Shown: positions 40,802-54,195 of the stretch, piece by piece
Layout of the letters: each line of letters opens with the position of its first letter
Position numbering within the stretch: position 1 is the stretch's first letter
NCBI RefSeq assembly: GCF_006345805.1
Contig: NW_021833426.1
Coordinates: 1-64,000, forward strand
Source: Octopus sinensis
Lineage: Eukaryota
DNA: 64,000 nucleotides
Direction of reading: 5' to 3'
Made by a program: the position numbers and the translations under genes
Notes under the pieces: generated by a model
Database searches by the model: none
Told to the model about the DNA's origin: nothing
The model's input: the letters and a program-made list of their open reading frames with translations, nothing else

Positions 40802-41199
40802 TAATATATTATTCATATCACAATATACGTCGCATATTTATATATCATATATTACATGTATCATGTTCGTCATAGATATCTAAAAATAATATATATATAT
40901 ATATAGATAATATATTTTTTTAGATATTTATCTAAATCATATCACACACATTTATGTATATCCTATTTATATCACGTAACGTATATATTATATATACGAC
41001 ATACATCGTATTATATATATATATATATATTACTTTTTAGATATTTATGTAAATCATATCACACATTTATATATATATATATATATATCCTATTTATATC
41101 ACGTAAGGTATTTTTTTATATATATATCGTATTATTTATATATATATTTATAGATACACATATATATCATGTACATGTATGTATATATCATTTGTACGT

Positions 41200-41270
<71 letters not shown>

Positions 41271-41364
41271 TATATGCGTAGTGTGCACATGCACTTATGT
41301 TAGTATTGTCTTCTTCGACGAAATTATGTGATATGCCGTTAAAAGGTGTCTCTTTCATTGTTAC

Positions 41365-41449
41365 CTGAATCCCTACATTAAATCGCTTGACAGGTAAATG
41401 TACGACTGGAACCTCCCCGGGCCCGCAGCTCACTGTATGCGCAGGCCAA
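41365..41449 (-). other. Candidate exon (85 nt)
   Basis: GC-rich island; minus strand tttatttcgcacatcgacag| ... cag|gtaaca. Confidence 0.3.
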
Positions 41450-42250
41450 CTGTCGATGTGCGAAATAAAGCTAATTGTCCCCTTGGTCATATTTTAATAC
41501 ACGTGTGTCCCCCAACTACGAAACCATATATGCGCACACGTGTCTAAGTAAATATTTGCACAGGTACACAGAAGCCTTCTGCGTAATCCAACCACCTGTT
41601 AGAAACAGCAGCTAAATATTCCTCGTGTTAACACCTTGAAAACAGGAGAGGACAATTACACACGTGCTCTACATACACTCTCTCTCTACATAAAGACGGG
41701 GGGGGGAGGAGGAGGGTTGGCCACCTGTGGAAGGTCGTTGATCACAGGTCTGCCTGCGTTCGATCAAGTCTCTCTTGAGGATGACAACAACATAGGCAAA
41801 CAACAAATACGCACTTGCTTTATACACACACACACATATATATGTTTATATATATACTTGTAGACACGTACACCTATACACCCACAAGCATGTGTGTGTT
41901 TATATGAGTCGATATCTATCGATACAAAAATATAATTATAATATGCATACATGCATACATACATACACATTTATATATATATATATATATCATATGTGCC
42001 GTAATATATAATATATATGCATATATATATATACACAGGGAGATATATATATATATATATATATAATATATAATATATATACATGGGGATATATCTTATA
42101 TTACATGGGGATATATATAATATATACATGGGGATATATATATGTATATATATACATGGGGATAATATATATATATGTATATATATAATGGGGATATATA
42201 TATATATATATTATATATATACTGGGGATATTATATTATATATATACATG

Positions 42251-42290
<40 letters not shown>

Positions 42291-42339
42291 ACATGGAGAT
42301 ATATATATTATATATAATATGTATAGATATACATGGAGA

Positions 42340-42375
<36 letters not shown>

Positions 42376-42589
42376 CATGGAGATATATATATATATATAT
42401 TTATGTCATATATATGCATGGAGATATATATATATATGGTTGAACGTGTAAATAACTGCGTGTGCATGTGGTATATAAATAGTCATATATATATTGACGG
42501 ACGCCTACAGGTAGCGATAAAAAGAAAAAGCAAAACAAAACAGCCAGATTCTAAAGGAGGTAATGAAAGCCAGGCATGAAGTGTCTTAC

Positions 42590-42624
42590 CTTTATCTTGG
42601 AGTTCTTCGGAGAAATGGATATTC
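42590..42624 (-). other. Candidate micro-exon (35 nt)
   Basis: tgtcag|gaatatccatttctccgaagaactccaagataaag|gtaaga; strong donor, weak pyrimidine tract. Confidence 0.35.
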
Positions 42625-43588
42625 CTGACACAATAGTTGTTTTTTTTTTCAGCTCAAAAATGCATACACACACATATATATGTATTTATCTATAAATATA
42701 TATATGTATATATATATAGATATATGTGGTGCTGCTATATTATATATCCTGGAAACTTGCACAAAACATCAACATTGGAAATGTGACGCCATGTAAACAA
42801 ATATAACTGTGTGTGTGTATGTATATATAATTATATATATATATGTGTATATATATGTGCTGTAGTGTGTGTGTTTCTCTGTGTTTGTTAACTGACTTGT
42901 TGATATTCGCAGTGGTTTTGTGCGTGTATGCATAAACGTGTGTATATGTTTAGTTGTACAGGTACTTTTAATACAGATTTATATACAAATACGTGAGATA
43001 ATAAATCTACGTTCGTGTGCGTGTGTATTTATGCTCTAATGTGTCTAAGCTGTTTTGTTATTAATTTGTATATGTTTATATTCAAATATTATTATTATAT
43101 AAACACATGCTTGTCTGTGCATGTATTTGTATTGTATGCATATGCGTACGTGTGTTTACGTGTATATATAGCTATATAGGCATTCATGTGCATTTACCTA
43201 ATTCTTGATGTGTGTGTGAATTTATGTGTGTATGTGTGTCCATTTAAACTTATTCACTTATATATGCATGCAAACACATGCCTATGTGTATATGTTAATG
43301 CATATGTAAGCGTGTGTATATGTATGTATATATATATATATATATATGTAAATGTATGTATAAGGTATGTATAACGTTAACTTCTACTTTTAATCAGTGT
43401 AAGTTTAGCTCAAACACAATTTCAAAGAATTAATGAAACAATAAAAAGGTAGAGTAAGTGATATTTCAGTGTAAGCCTCCGCTGGTATCGAAACACAATC
43501 CTGTCGATACAGCTACCGCCTTGTTGCTCCATCACGATTCATTTCTGAATCTGTTTGATAATCGATCGCATCACAGGGATGCTGGTGT

Positions 43589-43655
43589 ATACGTCACGCG
43601 CTGACATCACGTGACTGACGCGCATAAAACAGCCCCTTTGAAGCCGTTCAGTTCC
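43589..43655 (+). promoter_or_regulatory. Candidate core promoter motif cluster
   Basis: tacgtca (CRE-like), tcacgtgac (E-box), cataaaa at 43623 and Inr-like tcagtt with A at 43650. Confidence 0.25.
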
Positions 43656-43969
43656 GTAAATGTCTTTCTACGTGCACGTATGTGTGTGTCTGTGTGTATG
43701 TGTGTGTGTGTGTGTGTGTCTATGTATGTATGAATGTGTGTGTGTGTGTGTATGTGTGTGTGTGTGTGTGCATATTGATGTGTGCTCGCGCGCGCAGCCA
43801 ATTTTTGTACGTATGCGCGTATGTATGTGTGCATGTGTGTGTATGTGTGCACACGCACCTGCTGGTGCGTGTGTATGTATGTATTATGTATGTATGTGAA
43901 GCTATGTGTAGAAAGGGGTGTTCACTCCATATGAATAGTTTGTTTAAATGTGTACATGTTTGTATAACG

Positions 43970-44360
43970 ATATATGTATATGATTGCATATATATATGAT
44001 TGCATATATATATAAATATATATATGTGTATCTATATATATGTATTGCATATATATATATAAATATAATGATTGCATATATATATAAATATATATATGTG
44101 TATCTATATATATGTATTGCATATATATAAATATAATGATTGCATATATATATAAATATATATATGTGTATCTATATATATGATTGCATATATATATGAT
44201 TGCATATATATATAAATATATATATGTGTATCTATATATATGTATTGCATATATATAAATATAATGATTGCATATATATATAAATATATATATGTGTATC
44301 TATATATATGATTGCATATATATATGATTGCATATATATATAAATATATATATGTGCATC
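43970..44360. repeat. AT-rich minisatellite (gattgcatatata units)
   Basis: Direct reading. Confidence 0.95.
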
Positions 44361-44669
44361 TATGTGTATGTATGTGTGTGGTGGTATTTGTTTCTTTCTG
44401 TGTTTATACGAATCAAAACACACACCTGAACACCAATTCACTCCATATTCACACGCACATACACTAATACAAACACATATACACACAATCACACGCAATT
44501 CACACGCATGTATATATGTTTTACACATACATGCCCATTCTCAGAACAGGCTGTTTAATTACAGGCTATTGTATGTATACGAGTGTGTGCGTGTGTATAT
44601 ACATGTGTGTGCATATATACATGTGCGCACGAAATAAGATATATGGATATGTATGGATTTTTGTTTGTT

Positions 44670-44710
<41 letters not shown>

Positions 44711-44888
44711 CATAGATACATTTATGTCATACATATCTGTCATGTGTATAATACCTATTCATGTATGAATTATTTGTGTGCATGTATGTATATATGTATG
44801 TATGTATATATGTATATATATATATATTTGTATGATGTACAGGAGTATCTATAATATATGTAGGTGTATACATATGTGTATTACGTAG

Positions 44889-44929
<41 letters not shown>

Positions 44930-45047
44930 AGTGTAAGTATATTGTATATGTGAGTGTATATATACATATGTATACTATATATAAGTGTACGTGAGTATAC
45001 GCATACTATATATATTATTATTTTTATTGTTATTATTATTATTAATA

Positions 45048-45715
45048 TGGCGGCGAGCTGGCAGAATCGTTAGTACGTTGGACGGAATGCTTAGCGGTAT
45101 TTCGCCACTCGTTACGTTCTGAGTTCAAATTCCACCGAGGTCAACTTTGATTTTCATCCTTTCGGGGTCAATTAAATAGGTACCAGTGAAACACTGGGGT
45201 CGATATAATCGACTGGTCCACTCCCGCCAAAATTTCGGGCCTTACACCTTTAGTAGAAAGGATTATTATTATTATTATTATACACAAGCATCAATATACA
45301 TTTTATATACGGCGGCGAGCTGGCAGAAACGTTAGCACGCCGGGAGAAATGCTTAGCGGTATTTCGTCTGCCGCTACGTTCTGAGTTCAAATTCCGCCGA
45401 GGTCGACTTTGCCTTTCATCCTTTCGGGGTCGATAAATTAAGTACCAGTTACGCACTGGGGTCGATGTAATCGACTTAATACCTATGTCTGTCCTTGTTT
45501 GTCCCCTCTGTGTTTAGCCCCTTGTGGGTAATAAAGAAATAGGTATTTGGTCTGCCGTTACTTCCTGAGTTCAAATTCCGCCGAGGTCGACTTTGTCTTT
45601 CATCGTTTCGGGGTCGATAAATTAAGTACCAGTTGCGTACTGGGGTCGATCTAATAGACTGGCCCCCACCAAAAAAAAAAAAAAAAAATTCGGGCTTTGT
45701 GCCTAGAGTAGAAAA
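45048..45715 (+). mobile_element. Three SINE group N copies, including a dimer joined at aaagaaata|ggtattt
   Basis: 45048-45265, 45311-45541, 45542-45715. Confidence 0.88.
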
Positions 45716-46319
45716 AATATATATACATTTTATATGACTATGCACACACACACACACACACACACTACATACACACACACACGAACACGCGTGCGTGTGT
45801 GTATGTTTGTGTGTGTGTGTGTGGAGTGTGTGAACTGGCACATAAAAGTAAATGGTAGAGCGACTTGTGCATTATCAACATTCGTCATTTGCTGGGAATG
45901 TCCCTGTAAAAATGTGCATTTAAAGTGACACACGCAAGCACCGTTAGCAACTGATAACAACACACACATGCACACACAGAGATACACACATACACACACA
46001 CACACACACAGATACACACGCATACACGCACCCATACATATATATATATACATATACATGCATACGGTGATACATAGTCGTAAGCACATATATATACACA
46101 TATGCACACACATATACACACCTGTAGTGGTTTTAAAATGGTGCTTTCGTGCGAACATTGATATTAAATGTTCCTTAATGGCTATCCCTCCTCACCCTCC
46201 CCGCTTCGTATCTCTTCCCACCCCCTTCATCTCTATCATACATCTACCTTTCTATACCTCCCTCCTATAGACTGTTTACTCCCTCTCTTTCACTCATTCA
46301 TCTTCCTTTGTTTCTCCAC

Positions 46320-46391
<72 letters not shown>

Positions 46392-47409
46392 ACATACACA
46401 TACGCGCACTCGCAAACGTCCCCACACTAGATTCCTACATACACTAACAGACACACACACACATACACACACACACACACATACACACGCACACACATAT
46501 ACACATACACTCACTCACACACACACCTCTACACATACGCGCACTCGCAAACTTCTCCCACACTAAGATTCCTACATACACTCATAGACACACACACATA
46601 CACACACGCTTACACACACACACACACACACGCACACACATACACACACACACACACACACCTATACACATACGCGCACTCGCAAACTTCTCCCACACTA
46701 AGATTCCTACATACACTCATAGACACACACACACACACACACACACCACACACAGAGACACACACACACACACACAGAGACACTCACAGGCACACACATC
46801 AAAAAGCGTACAGGTACACCTACACACATTAATCGATGTACACACAAACACATTAAGACTCGTAGACACATACGCTAGCAGAAGCACATTCATACACATT
46901 AGATATACACATTCACGTATACATTATTAAACACACGCGCTCACACATTATTGGGCATACGCCTAACACATTAAAATAGTCACACGCACACATTGAGTCA
47001 TACGAACACACACACAGACACACACACACTGTCATACGCACAAACAGTTTTAGGCATACGCAAACATTTTTAACAGATACGAACATACACAATAATACAC
47101 ACACACACACACAATACATTTAACAGAAATACACATTACCACATACGCACATTAATATAGACACAAACACTAATAGGCAGGCAAGCACACACACACACAG
47201 ATACACACACACACACACAAACACACACAAACACACACATAAACACAAAAAAGCACACCCACACACACACACAACAACAAACACAAACACACCACAACCA
47301 CACACACAAACACACGCACAAACGCGCAAAAAACACAGATGCATTAATTCAACGCCACAACACACAAAAACACATACCACACGCATACACACCGCTTGCA
47401 CCACCCCAC

Positions 47410-48150
47410 GCAAACACACGCATACACACACGCATACACACACGCACACACACACGCATACACACACGCTTACACACACGCATACACACACGCATACACA
47501 CACGCATACACACACGCATACACACACGCATACACACACGCACACACACACGCATACACACACGCTTACACACACGCATACACACACGCATACACACACG
47601 CATACACACACGCATACACACACGCATACACACACGCTTACACACACGCTTACACACACGCATACACACACGCATACACACACGCATACACACACGCATA
47701 CACACACGCATACACACACGCTTACACACACGCATACACACACGCTTACACACACGCATACACACACGCTTATACACACACGCATACACACAACAACTAA
47801 CACACACGCATACACACACACGCATACACACCGCATACACACACGCACGCTACACACACGCATACACAACACAACACGCTTACACACATACATACAACAC
47901 CCGCATACACACACCATACACACACGCATACACACACCATACACACACGCATACACACACGCTTACACACACGCATACACACACGCATACACACACACAC
48001 ATACACAGACATACACACACATACATACACACACGCATACACACAGATACACACACGCTTACACACACGCATACACACGCATACACACACAGATACACAC
48101 ACGCATACACACACAGATACACACACGCATACACACACGCATACACGCAT
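47410..48150. repeat. 12-bp minisatellite (cacacacgcata)n within a CA-rich tract spanning about 46320-48190
   Basis: Direct reading. Confidence 0.95.
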
Positions 48151-48309
48151 TCTTTCCTTCACGCACACACATACACTCTCTCACACACACACAGACATTG
48201 TTTCTCTCTTCCTTCACTCTCCCTCTCTAACTCCGAAACTGATCTCAAAATAACTTCTCCCCCTCCCTCTCCTTCCACACTTAGGCGAATAAAGAAAGAT
48301 GACTCTTAC

Positions 48310-48331
48310 TCTGGAGAGAAAACTAGTCTAC
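48310..48331 (-). other. Candidate micro-exon (22 nt)
   Basis: ttatttcag|gtagactagttttctctccaga|gtaaga. Confidence 0.3.
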
Positions 48332-48391
48332 CTGAAATAATGCTCTCTCTCTCTCCTATGACAGACAGATGTACTATACAGAAGAAAATGG

Positions 48392-48675
48392 GGATCTTTT
48401 CGGTTTGAACGGCAGTTTTTTCTAGCGGTGTCATATGAAATTGTCAACCATAATTATGACCCTAGTATCGATCTATTGCATTTCAATCTGTTTTAGGGTT
48501 AAGGTTGGTTAGGGTTAGGGGAAGGGTATCTTTTTTTCTTCACAGATGTAAATAAACCCAATCTGTTTCTTAAACGAGGGACATATTCATACGGCACAGA
48601 ATGTTTTCACCTCAAATAGACGTCATTGATTAGTTGAAATTGCAGAAATTGAAGAAAAAAAAATATCTTACAGAC
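48392..48675. mobile_element. Merlin-like MITE, third copy, inverted relative to the others and truncated
   Basis: ggatcttttcggtttgaacggcag TIR, ttagggtt repeats; stops at a SINE K tail. Confidence 0.88.
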
Positions 48676-48840
48676 TTACTTTACTTTTACTAGTTTCAGT
48701 CATTTGACTGCGGCCATGCTGGAGCACCGCCTTTAGTCGAGCAAATCGACCCCGGGACTTATTCTTTGTAAGCCCAGTACTTATTCTATCGGTCTCTTTT
48801 GCCGAACCGCTAAGTGACAGGGACATAAACACACCAGCAT
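48676..48840 (-). mobile_element. SINE group K 3' half
   Basis: Family tail; ends at a (CTT/CCT)n tract at 48841-49020. Confidence 0.88.
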
Positions 48841-49103
48841 CTTCCTCCCCTTCATCTTCCTCCCCTTCACCTTCTTCCTCCTCTTCATCTCCTTCCCCTT
48901 CTTCTTCTTCTTCTTCCTCCTCTTCTTCTCCTTCTTCTTCTTCTCCTCCTCCCTCTCCTTCCTCTTCTTCTTCTTCCTCCTCTTCATCTTCGTCTTCATC
49001 TTCTTCCTCCTCCTCCTCCTCGGCACTGCTACTACCATTCAACATCTCACAGCAAACCGTTCTAACCTTTCTCTAAAGATTTAAGCTATTGCAGATCCCC
49101 ACA

Positions 49104-49706
49104 ATAGGCGTAGTGGTTATGAGCCACGGGCTACTAACCCCAAGATTCCGAGTTCAGTTCCAAGCAGTGTCCTGAACACTAACAATAACAATAATAATAA
49201 TAATATCGAAAAATACTTTAGGAATGAGAACCCAGGTTCTAAATTTCCCCAAGACACCTGAAGAAGGCTGAAGGGTATTATTTCTTTATTGCCCACAAGG
49301 GGCTAAACACAGAGGGGATAAACAAGGACAGACAAAGGGATTAAGTCGAGTACATCGACCCCAGTGCGTAATTGGCACTTAATTTATCGACCCCGAAAGG
49401 ATGAAAGGCAAAGTCGACCTCGGCGGAATTTGAACTCAGAACGTAACGGCAGACGAAATACCGCTAAGTATTTCGACCGGCGTGCTAACGATTCTGCCAG
49501 CTTGCCGCCTTAAAATATACTTTAGGAAAAAAAAAATACTTTAGGAATGAGAACCCAGGTTCGAAATTTCCCCAAGACACCTGATGAAGGCTTGAGGGTA
49601 TATCAGCTGAAACATTGTGTTAACAACAAACAAGATGAGGACAAATATCCGTCGAATGTAAATAATGTAAATAATGTACATAATTCCTCGTCTCTTAAAT
49701 ATAGAA
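49104..49706 (+). mobile_element. tRNA-headed SINE-like element ending in a Penelope-type hammerhead, interrupted by a SINE N (49279-49512, minus)
   Basis: Head taggcgtagtggttatgagc...gagttcagttcc, (AAT)n linker, acac-ctgatga-aggct...agct-gaaac-att-gtgt at 49577-49620. Confidence 0.65.
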
Positions 49707-50329
49707 TGTATTGTAGATCCTCTTTAAGTAATACTAGATGTGAGTTGGACAAAAGAACTGGGGTTAGAATTAAGTGTCAGAATTAGAATATCGAGTATGT
49801 GGAGGGGTTTAGAACTGATTTTCAGCCATTTTTTGCCCGTGGATCTCTCTGATCCTTATTTTATTCAGGGGTTGGCCGTCATAGCTATTTAATGTTTAAA
49901 AAATCTTGTTATACTTTTATAATTAAATATTAGGGATTATATTTTATTGTTGTATTTAGGAATGGTCATTTCGCCAGTTTAGCTAATAAAAACACACGCA
50001 CTATATATTTGGTGTTACTTTGCTTCAGTGTTATTCATTTTTTACATTAATCTTAATCTTATTTCGGCCAATTTTCTTCGTCACACTCCTGTGACCGCAT
50101 CAGTGGTTTGCTTTCTTCTTCTTTCTTATTTGTGTGTCTCTCCTTACTACCCATCAAGCCTTTTGTATATCTATTGTATGTGTCTCTTCATTTGCGCATG
50201 CGTATATCTCTATGTGATTGTATTCTAAAAAATGCTTAATTATGTGTATTGTAGATCAGCTGGAACTTTCGTCGTCGTAACCGACGGGGTGCCAGTAAAT
50301 AGGTTAGAGACATAACTAGGCATCGATAC

Positions 50330-50549
50330 TTTTTTTTACCTGTTTCAGTCATTCGACTGCGGCCATGCTGGAGCACCACCTTTATAGTCGAGCAAATCGA
50401 CCCCAGGACTTATTCTTTGGAAGCCTGGTACTTATTCTATCGGTCTCCTTTGCCGAACCGCCAAGTTACGGGGACGTAAACACACCAGCATCGGTTGTCA
50501 AGTGATGTGGGGGGGACAAACACGACACGCAAATACACACACACACACA

Positions 50550-50595
<46 letters not shown>

Positions 50596-50783
50596 ATATA
50601 TATATATATATATATATAGCGATTTTTTTCCTCTCTCTTCCCTTCTCTGGATCTTTCCTTCTCCTATGTTTCCGACGAAGAGCTCCGCTCGAAACGTAAC
50701 CCTTCTTCTTTCTTGAGCGTCCAATAATACTATATTTGTTCCACGTCCTCGCGTTGTTGTGTTTTTGGTGCTTTGGTTTTGAT

Positions 50784-50819
<36 letters not shown>

Positions 50820-50992
50820 TACATATATATATATATATATATACACGACGGGCTTCTTTCAGTTTCGTCTAACAAATCCACTCACAAGGCTTTGATCGAC
50901 CCGAGATGACACTTGCCCAAAGTGCCACGCAGTGGGACTGAACCCAGAACCATATGGTTGGTTAGCAAGCTACTTACCACACAGCCACTCCT
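50330..50992 (-). mobile_element. SINE group K interrupted in its (TA)n by a hammerhead-motif element
   Basis: Tail half 50330-50560, head half 50825-50992. Confidence 0.88.
50619..50788 (+). mobile_element. Hammerhead-motif element family B
   Basis: gttt-ccgacga-agagctccgctc-gaaac-gta-ac at about 50668-50700; (TA)n on both sides. Confidence 0.75.
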
Positions 50993-51220
50993 AAGTCTTG
51001 AACTTAGCAAACGCGGAAAATGTCTTTATAACCAGCTCATTGCACAAATATTTTAAAAGCAAAATCCTATCTGGACCGCTGTTGAAAACCACTGGTTTAG
51101 AACAAAGCTATTAATTCTGCCGTGAAATTTGGTGGGATATATACGGATTAGCTTTTTAGAATTAACGCGTTCTGGTTTCGTTACAACCATTAAATGGATC
51201 TCCATTAATCTCGACAATGA

Positions 51221-51635
51221 GGCGCAGGAGTAGCTGTGTGGTAAGTAACTTGCTTACGAACCACATGGTTCCGGGTTCAGTCCCACAGCGTGGCACCTTG
51301 GGCAAGTGTCTTCTACTATAGCCTCGGGCCGACCAAAGCCTTGTGAGTGGATTTGGTAGACGGAAACTGAAAGAAGCCCGTCGTATATATGTATATATAT
51401 ATATATGTGTGTGTGTATGTGTGTGTGTGTGTGTATGTGTGTGTGTTTGTCCCTCCAACATCGCTTGATAACCGATGCTGGTGTGTTTACGTCCCCGTAA
51501 CTTAGCGGTTCGGCAAAAGTGACCGATAGAATAAGTACTAGGCTTACAAAGAATAAGTCCTGGTGTCGATTTGCTCGGCTAAATGCAGTGCTCCAGCATG
51601 GCCACGGTCAAATGACTGAAGCAAGCAAAAGAGTA
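51221..51635 (+). mobile_element. SINE group K, full length
   Basis: Family consensus. Confidence 0.92.
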
Positions 51636-51913
51636 ACAGAGTAATGATTATCCCACTTGTTCGATCAAGTGAAATGGCTGCGCATTGAATTAGCGTGTAA
51701 GCGGCTGGCCGAGTATTCCATAGACATGACGTAATACTCAAACCAAATCTCAGGTCGAATCCGTCCGATGTGTTTCGACATAGTTTCTGTCTCCTTGATT
51801 TATTTCAAATGTCCTTATGTCGAACCGAGCAAATGGTAACAGACGCTCGGCCACAGGGCCACGCAAAGACATCACGCTAATAACTTTGTGATTAACAAGC
51901 GGAATTTTTAACG

Positions 51914-52390
51914 TAGGAGTGGCTGTGTGGTAAGTAGCTTGCTCACCAACCACATGGTAGCGGGTTCAGTCCCGCTGCGTGGCTTCTTGGGCAAGTGCCT
52001 CCTACTGTAGCCTCGTGTCGACCAAAGCCTTGTGAGTGGATGTGGTAGACGGAGACTGAAAGAAGCCCATCGTATATATGTATATGTATATATATGTGTG
52101 TTTGTGTGTCTGTGTCTGTCCCCCCAACATCGCTTGACAACCGATGCTGGTGTGTTTACGTCCCCGTAACCTAGCGGTTCGGCAAAAGAGAATAAGTACT
52201 AACAAATCCACTCACAAGGGTTTGGTCGGCCTGAGACTATAGTAGAAGACACTTGCCCAAGGTGCCATTGAACCCGGAATAAGTACTAGGCTTACAAATA
52301 ATAAGTCCCGGGGTCGATTTGCTCGACTATAAAGGCGGTGCTCCAGCATGGCCGCAGTCAAATGACTGAAACAAGTAAAAGATAGTAAAA
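51914..52390 (+). mobile_element. SINE group K with an inverted internal fragment
   Basis: 52202-52276 is antisense family sequence flanked by a gaataagtacta duplication. Confidence 0.85.
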
Positions 52391-52454
52391 GAGCAACCAC
52401 TTCCCTGTCATGTTTGCGTCCGGTTTTGTATTCGGCTACAGTGAGGGCATCGTA

Positions 52455-52765
52455 GTTAGGGTATTCGGCTCGCAATCATATAAGGTCGTGAGTTCGATTC
52501 CTGACGGCGCGTTTTGTCCTTGAGCATGACACTTTAAGTTCACGTTACTCCTGTTCATTCAGCTGGTAAAAATGAGTTGTGCTTGTACTTCAAAAGGGAG
52601 AAGCCTTGTCACATTCTGTGTCACGCTGAATCTCCTTGAGAATTACGTTAAGGCTACGCGTGTGTCTGCGGAGTGCTCAGCCGCTTGCATGCTAATTTTT
52701 ACAAGCAGGCTGTTCCGTTGATCGGATCAGCTGGAACCTTCGTCGTCGTAACCGACGGGGTGCCG
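52455..52765 (+). mobile_element. SINE group R, older copy
   Basis: gagttcgattcc B-box; tail cgtcgtcgtaaccgacggggtgcc. Confidence 0.8.
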
Positions 52766-53054
52766 CTAATTAGGTTACAGACGTTACGCTGCATCGATAG
52801 TCAACACGTTGAACTGCTCCGATCAATTTTGCAAGCAAATACGGAAAAGATTTCTTTATTTACTCTCACATTAACATTTTTTTTTTTACAAGCGGTTCTC
52901 TTTTCACTTAACTGTAATGTTTTAAAGTTCCACTGAAGTAAAATTTGACTCGGAAATATTGATTTCAAATTTTGGCACAAGGCCAGCATTTTCGAGGGAA
53001 GGTTTTCCAAAGTGGGTGGTATTGGAAAGTTCCAAGGGAACGTTGAAGAAAAGT

Positions 53055-54195
53055 AGGGCGATAATGGGAGAGCGATTCATGTAAAATGTGGAGCGATAAT
53101 GAGGGGGGGAGAGATTGATGTAAAAAGTGAAACGATAATGGGGTATCGATTCGTGTAAAATGTGGGGCGATAATGGTGAATGATTCGTGTAAAAAGTGGG
53201 ACGATAATGGTGGAGCGATTCGTGTAAAATTTGGGACGATAATTACGGAGCGATTCGTGTAAAATGTGGGACGATAACTAGGGAGCGATTCGTGTAAAAA
53301 GTGGGACGATAATTGGGGAGCGATTCGTGCAAAATGTAGGACGATAACTAGGGAGCGATTCGTGTGAAAAGTGGGACGATAATGGGGGAGCGATTCGTGT
53401 AAAATGTGGGACGATAATGGGGGAGAGATTCGTGTAAAATGTGGGACGATAATGGGGGAGCGATTCATGTAAAATGTGGGACGATAATGGGTGAGCAATT
53501 CGTGTAAAATGTGGGTCGATAATTAGGGAGCGATTCGTGTAAAAAGTGGGACCATAATGGGGGAGCGATTCGTGTAAAATGTGGGACGATAATGGGGGGA
53601 GCGATTCGTGTAAAATGTAGGACGGTAATTGGGGAGAGATTCGTGTAAAATGTGGGACGATAATGGGGAGTGATTCGTGTAAAATGTGGGACGATAATGG
53701 GAGAGCGATTCGTGTAAAATGTGGGACGATAATGGGAGAGCGATTCGTGTAAAAAGTGGGACGATAATGGGAGAGCGATTCGTGTAAAAAGTGGGACGAT
53801 AATGGGAGAGCGATTCGTGTAAAATGTGGGACGATAATGGAGGAGCGATTCGTGTAAAAAGTGGGACGATAATGGGAGAGCGATTCGTGTAAAATGTGGG
53901 ACGATAATGGTGAATGATTCGTGTAAACTGTGGTGCGATGATGGTGGAGCGATTCATGTAAAGTGTGGGACGAAATTGGGGGAGCGATTCATGTAAAATG
54001 AGGGAGTGATTCGTGTAAAATGTGGGACGATAATGGGGGAGGGATTCATGTAAAATGTGGGACGATAATTAGGGAGCGATTCGTGTAAAAAGTGGGACGA
54101 TAATGGGGGAGCGATTCATGTAAAATGTGGGACGATAATGAGGGAGAGATTCGTGTAAAAAGTGGGACGATAATGGGTGAGCGATTCATGTAAAA
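53055..54195. repeat. About 35-bp minisatellite (roughly 32 units)
   Basis: Unit gggacgataatgggggagcgattcgtgtaaaatgt, head-to-tail with no spacers. Confidence 0.95.

Noticed and set aside
48493-48520. Telomere or chromosome fusion scar
   Set aside because: Only a few ttaggg units, internal to a MITE present three times
48668-49045. Poly-Glu acidic protein ORF
   Set aside because: (GAA/GAG)n tract fused to SINE sequence; no splice or domain support
53055-54195. CRISPR-like array of ~35-bp repeats
   Set aside because: Units are contiguous with no unique spacers, no cas genes are present, and the context is eukaryotic
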